From assembly GCA_040758355.1 (NCBI GenBank), contig JBFLWF010000001.1, forward strand, positions 1-64,000: a DNA stretch of 64,000 nt, written 5' to 3'. Position numbers and translations under genes: made by a program. Positions 60,969 to 64,000 of the stretch are shown here, one piece after another (the first letter of the stretch is position 1; each line of letters starts with the position of its first letter). The notes beneath the pieces are model-generated. The model saw nothing but the letters and a program-made list of their open reading frames with translations, did no database searches and had not been told where the DNA came from. The stretch is from Nitrospirota bacterium (GTDB taxonomy: Bacteria; Nitrospirota; Thermodesulfovibrionia; Thermodesulfovibrionales; Dissulfurispiraceae).

Positions 60969-62702
60969 CTATCCCTCTGCCAGGGTGGTTGATACGACTT
61001 CTTCGATGGTGCTGACGCCTGTCAAAGCCTTTTCTATTGCGTCCTGCCTCAGCGTCCTCATGCCTGTCTCTATGGCTGTTTTTCTCAATTCTTCTGTTGA
61101 GGCGCCTTTTATCAAAAGGCTCCGTAAGCTTTTGTTCATTGCGAGCACCTCATAAACTCCTGAACGGCCTTTATATCCTGTCCCTTCGCAGGCCTCGCAA
61201 CCCTTGCCCTTGTAAAGGGTCGTTCCTGGTTTTATGTCGCCCTTTGACATCTCCACCTCTTCATCGGTGACAATATAAGACTCCTTGCACTTTTTGCATA
61301 TCCTCCTCATAAGCCTCTGAGCGCATACAAGAAGCAAAGAGTCTGCAACAAGGTATGACTCTATGCCCATCTCTGTAAGTCTTGTAACGGTGCCTATGGC
61401 ATCATTTGTGTGAAGGGTCGAAAAAACGAGATGTCCTGTAAGGGATGCCTCCACTGCAGTCTTTGCTGTTTCAAGGTCTCTGATTTCTCCTATCAGGATA
61501 ATATCGGGGTCGTGCCTCATAAATGCCCTTATCGCCTTTGCAAATGTGTAGCCTGCAGGGGGGTTTATATTGCTCTGTATAATCTGCCCTCCGAGTGTAT
61601 ATTCCACAGGGTCTTCCGCAGTGACTATCTTTACATCCGGTGTATCCATGGATTTCAGGGCAGCATAGAGGGCTGTTGTCTTTCCGCTTCCTGTAGGACC
61701 CACATGGAGGATAATGCCGTATGGAGAAGCTATTGCCTCTTTATACAATTTCATATTGTGTTCGTTGAATCCGAGCATTTCGAGGGAGAGGATGGAACTC
61801 TTCTTGTCCAATATCCTCATTACTATGTCCTCTCCGTGGGGTGTCGGGACCGTTGAAACACGGAGGTCTATCTCCACAGCGGGGTTATACTTGGTAAAAT
61901 CTATCCTGCCGTCCTGAGGCTGCCGCCTCTCGTCTATCCTCATGTCGGACATTATCTTAAATCTCGTAATCAGGGCGTCCTGCGCATATCTCGGCACGCG
62001 CATTACTTCTGCCAGTTCTCCGTCTATCCGGTATCTGATTCGCAGATGGTCTATTGCAGGCTCAAGATGTATGTCGCTCGTCCTTTTTTGGAATGCCTCC
62101 TCCACTATCTTATTTGCAAGCATTACAATGGGCGCGCTGTTTTCCGTGGCATCCTCCCGTGCAACTTCCGCTACCTCTATCTCGGGCCTGTAAGTCTCTG
62201 CCAACTGGGATAGTATGTTTCCCATTCCGACTTCATCCTTTGGTATTGCATAGAATTTCTCTATGGCTGAGAAGAGTTGTTTTGATGTGGTCATGACGAC
62301 CTTGGAGTCTTTTATCCTGAACTTTGAATCCCTGTAAAGACGAATAACTTCGTCCAGTGCCATGAAATCCCTGGGCTCAACCATGGCAATGGTCAGAACT
62401 TCGTCTTCGTATTTTACAGGAACTACTTTATAATTTTTTGCATAGGCAGGCTTTATATGTTTTAATAAATCAAGGGGCGGCTGTGGATAGGATGACAGGT
62501 CAACGAATTCATAGCCGAGATATTCTGCCTTAATGGCAGCTATCTTTTCCTCGGAAAACCCCGACTCCAGCAGGAGTTGTTCGAGGCTCTTCTTCTCCCT
62601 TGTTATTTTCGTAAGAAGCTCCTGCAGCTTCTCCTTTGTCAGGAGACCTCTTTCTATGAGCAGTTCTTCAAAGCTTTTTCCTGTCGGTCTTTTAAACGCC
62701 AC
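60969..62702 (-). CDS. GspE/PilB-family secretion ATPase
   Basis: SDIHLEP, RYRIDG, PQDGRI, GPTGSGKTT, TAEDPVE, DPDIILIGEIRD, TGHLVFSTLHTN, Zn tetracysteine. Confidence 0.93.
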   Translation of the reverse strand: MAFKRPTGKSFEELLIERGLLTKEKLQELLTKITREKKSLEQLLLESGFSEEKIAAIKAEYLGYEFVDLSSYPQPPLDLLKHIKPAYAKNYKVVPVKYEDEVLTIAMVEPRDFMALDEVIRLYRDSKFRIKDSKVVMTTSKQLFSAIEKFYAIPKDEVGMGNILSQLAETYRPEIEVAEVAREDATENSAPIVMLANKIVEEAFQKRTSDIHLEPAIDHLRIRYRIDGELAEVMRVPRYAQDALITRFKIMSDMRIDERRQPQDGRIDFTKYNPAVEIDLRVSTVPTPHGEDIVMRILDKKSSILSLEMLGFNEHNMKLYKEAIASPYGIILHVGPTGSGKTTALYAALKSMDTPDVKIVTAEDPVEYTLGGQIIQSNINPPAGYTFAKAIRAFMRHDPDIILIGEIRDLETAKTAVEASLTGHLVFSTLHTNDAIGTVTRLTEMGIESYLVADSLLLVCAQRLMRRICKKCKESYIVTDEEVEMSKGDIKPGTTLYKGKGCEACEGTGYKGRSGVYEVLAMNKSLRSLLIKGASTEELRKTAIETGMRTLRQDAIEKALTGVSTIEEVVSTTLAEG

Positions 62703-63559
62703 TATACCCTCGTAAAGATGAGTATCAATTTTTTTACCTTTCCTTTTTCATCGAGGTATGGAATAATCTTTACCTCAAGCACTTCAAGCAATGCTGCCAT
62801 TTTAAATCCATAGGAAATGGACTCATTCACCTTTTCCTCAAGCTGTGTGTTGGCAAAGTTTGGGAAAAGCTCGAAGAAATACTCTCCCACCATGGCATCG
62901 GTGGAGTATCGCATGCCGCTCATTACTTCTAAGAACTTGTTTGCGGAAATGATCCGCTTCTTTGTATCGAGGATGCAGATTCCTTCTTCTATATCATCGA
63001 TAATGTACTCCCTGAGTTTTTTCTCTTCCTCAATGGTCTGGTATGAAAGGGCATTATTTACCGCGATACCCAGAAGAAATGCGAGCTGTTCCATCATGCT
63101 GACATCCTGGTCAGAGAAGCCGTCTGGTTTATTAAGCGCCTGAAACACCCCTACAACTTCGCCCTTTGCCTTTACAGGGATTGCCAGCACACTCCTTGTC
63201 CTATATCCGCTTTTTTCATCCCATCTCCTGTCAAAGCACAATCCGCTGTCTACGGACTTTAATTCTCCCTCGTCATAGGCGTCTTTTATATTCAAGACCT
63301 TTCCTGTCGTGGATGAATAGCCTGCAAGGCTGCTCCGGGTGATTGGAACCCTTATTTCTACGAGGTTGTCTGCCTGGAGGACTTTTGAATACAATTCGTT
63401 GTTGTCCTTATCGACTAAAAAAAGGGTGCATCTGTCAGCGCCGAGGAGGATCTTTATCTCTTTGACAACGGTTGTGAGCACTTCATCGATATTGAGGGTA
63501 GAAAGAACGGTATTCAAGATGTCAAAAAACTTTTCTGTCTTTAATGAAAGTTGCTCCAT
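62702..63559 (-). CDS. GAF plus PAS sensory protein with no output domain
   Basis: ADRCTLFLVD, SLAG, DEKSGYRTRSVLAIP, GVFQALNK; C-terminal PAS-like segment; its stop overlaps the ATPase start. Confidence 0.85.
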   Translation of the reverse strand: MEQLSLKTEKFFDILNTVLSTLNIDEVLTTVVKEIKILLGADRCTLFLVDKDNNELYSKVLQADNLVEIRVPITRSSLAGYSSTTGKVLNIKDAYDEGELKSVDSGLCFDRRWDEKSGYRTRSVLAIPVKAKGEVVGVFQALNKPDGFSDQDVSMMEQLAFLLGIAVNNALSYQTIEEEKKLREYIIDDIEEGICILDTKKRIISANKFLEVMSGMRYSTDAMVGEYFFELFPNFANTQLEEKVNESISYGFKMAALLEVLEVKIIPYLDEKGKVKKLILIFTRV

Positions 63560-63626
63560 TACAACTCCTTTTCAATATTGACTAATTATACCAGAACTTT
63601 CAGATATTTCCACTTATCTCCTACCA

Positions 63627-63848
63627 ATCCAGCGATAAGGATGGGTCTCTGAAGTGAATAGCGATGTTTTGGCAACAGTTCTTTGCGACTGGAGCGTCAG
63701 GCAATGGCATAATCTTGGAGCGACCATACCATTGCCTGACAGACGCAAGTGTCTGAGCGAAGCGAGTTTTGCGGCTGTAGCGTAAGGAGCATTATAACTG
63801 TCAAAACATAGCTCCTGAACGAAAGAGACTTATTCTTTATCGCTGGAT
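63627..63848 (+). mobile_element. 222-bp non-autonomous MITE-like element
   Basis: Terminal inverted repeats ATCCAGCGATAA/TTATCGCTGGAT; internal hairpin TCAGGCAATGG...CCATTGCCTGA; related copies at 24995 and about 24133. Confidence 0.75.
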
Positions 63849-63900
63849 CACGGTTCTAAATGGAAAGATATTGGACGATTTTGCTATACTCAAAAATATC

Positions 63901-63986
63901 AAGTTATTGAGCAATTAAGTTATTGAGTAATTGAATAGAATTCTTTTATCTTTAATTGCTTAATTACTAATTACCTAATTACTAAT
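63901..63986. repeat. AT-rich short tandem and inverted repeats
   Basis: AAGTTATTGAG(C/T)AATT twice, followed by TAATTAC/TAATTGC units. Confidence 0.55.
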
Positions 63987-64000
63987 GAATGGAGGTTTTA

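Overview
A gene-dense, AT-rich chromosomal segment from a diderm bacterium, probably an anaerobe. The gene content suggests Nitrospirota (Thermodesulfovibrionia-like), but that is an inference. From left to right: (i) 0.1-13.7 kb is a minus-strand signalling and probable sulfur-handling cluster. It holds an MCP fused to a PhnD-like domain, a heme-c sensor kinase, a sigma-54 activator with a clear -24/-12 promoter and upstream sites, two USPs, a YeiH-type exporter, an exported rhodanese, and a Rossmann-GAF-PAS hybrid kinase. (ii) Housekeeping genes DUF1015, gap, pgk, speD and tRNA-Met, followed by a small AT-rich islet (HEPN-like ORF, membrane ORF, Fic remnant, ATPase). (iii) Fe-S/DUF362, an EndoIII-like gene, a flhB-like/fliK pair and serS. 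After serS lies a defence/toxin-antitoxin islet that ends at a synonymously diverged copy of the serS 3' end and contains a degenerate attC. (iv) The bamA-skp-lpxD-fabZ-lpxA-lpxI operon, a ROK kinase, lepA, lepB and riboflavin synthase. (v) An approximately 18 kb cyclic-nucleotide island at 45.5-63.6 kb. It holds a class II PDE, a GAF-HD-GYP protein, an operon of cNMP protein, metallophosphoesterase, OM barrel, LolA-like protein and MMPL-cNMP, then a TPR-barrel plus FecR pair, a TMTC-like glycosyltransferase, a CHASE2 adenylate cyclase, a PilB/GspE ATPase and a GAF-PAS protein. The best candidate for an undescribed system is the putatively cAMP-gated MMPL/LolA-like/beta-barrel trans-envelope module. 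MITE-like elements and 7-8 bp tandem repeats, some inside reading frames, are also present. All protein calls come from motif recognition by eye; no database searches were run.
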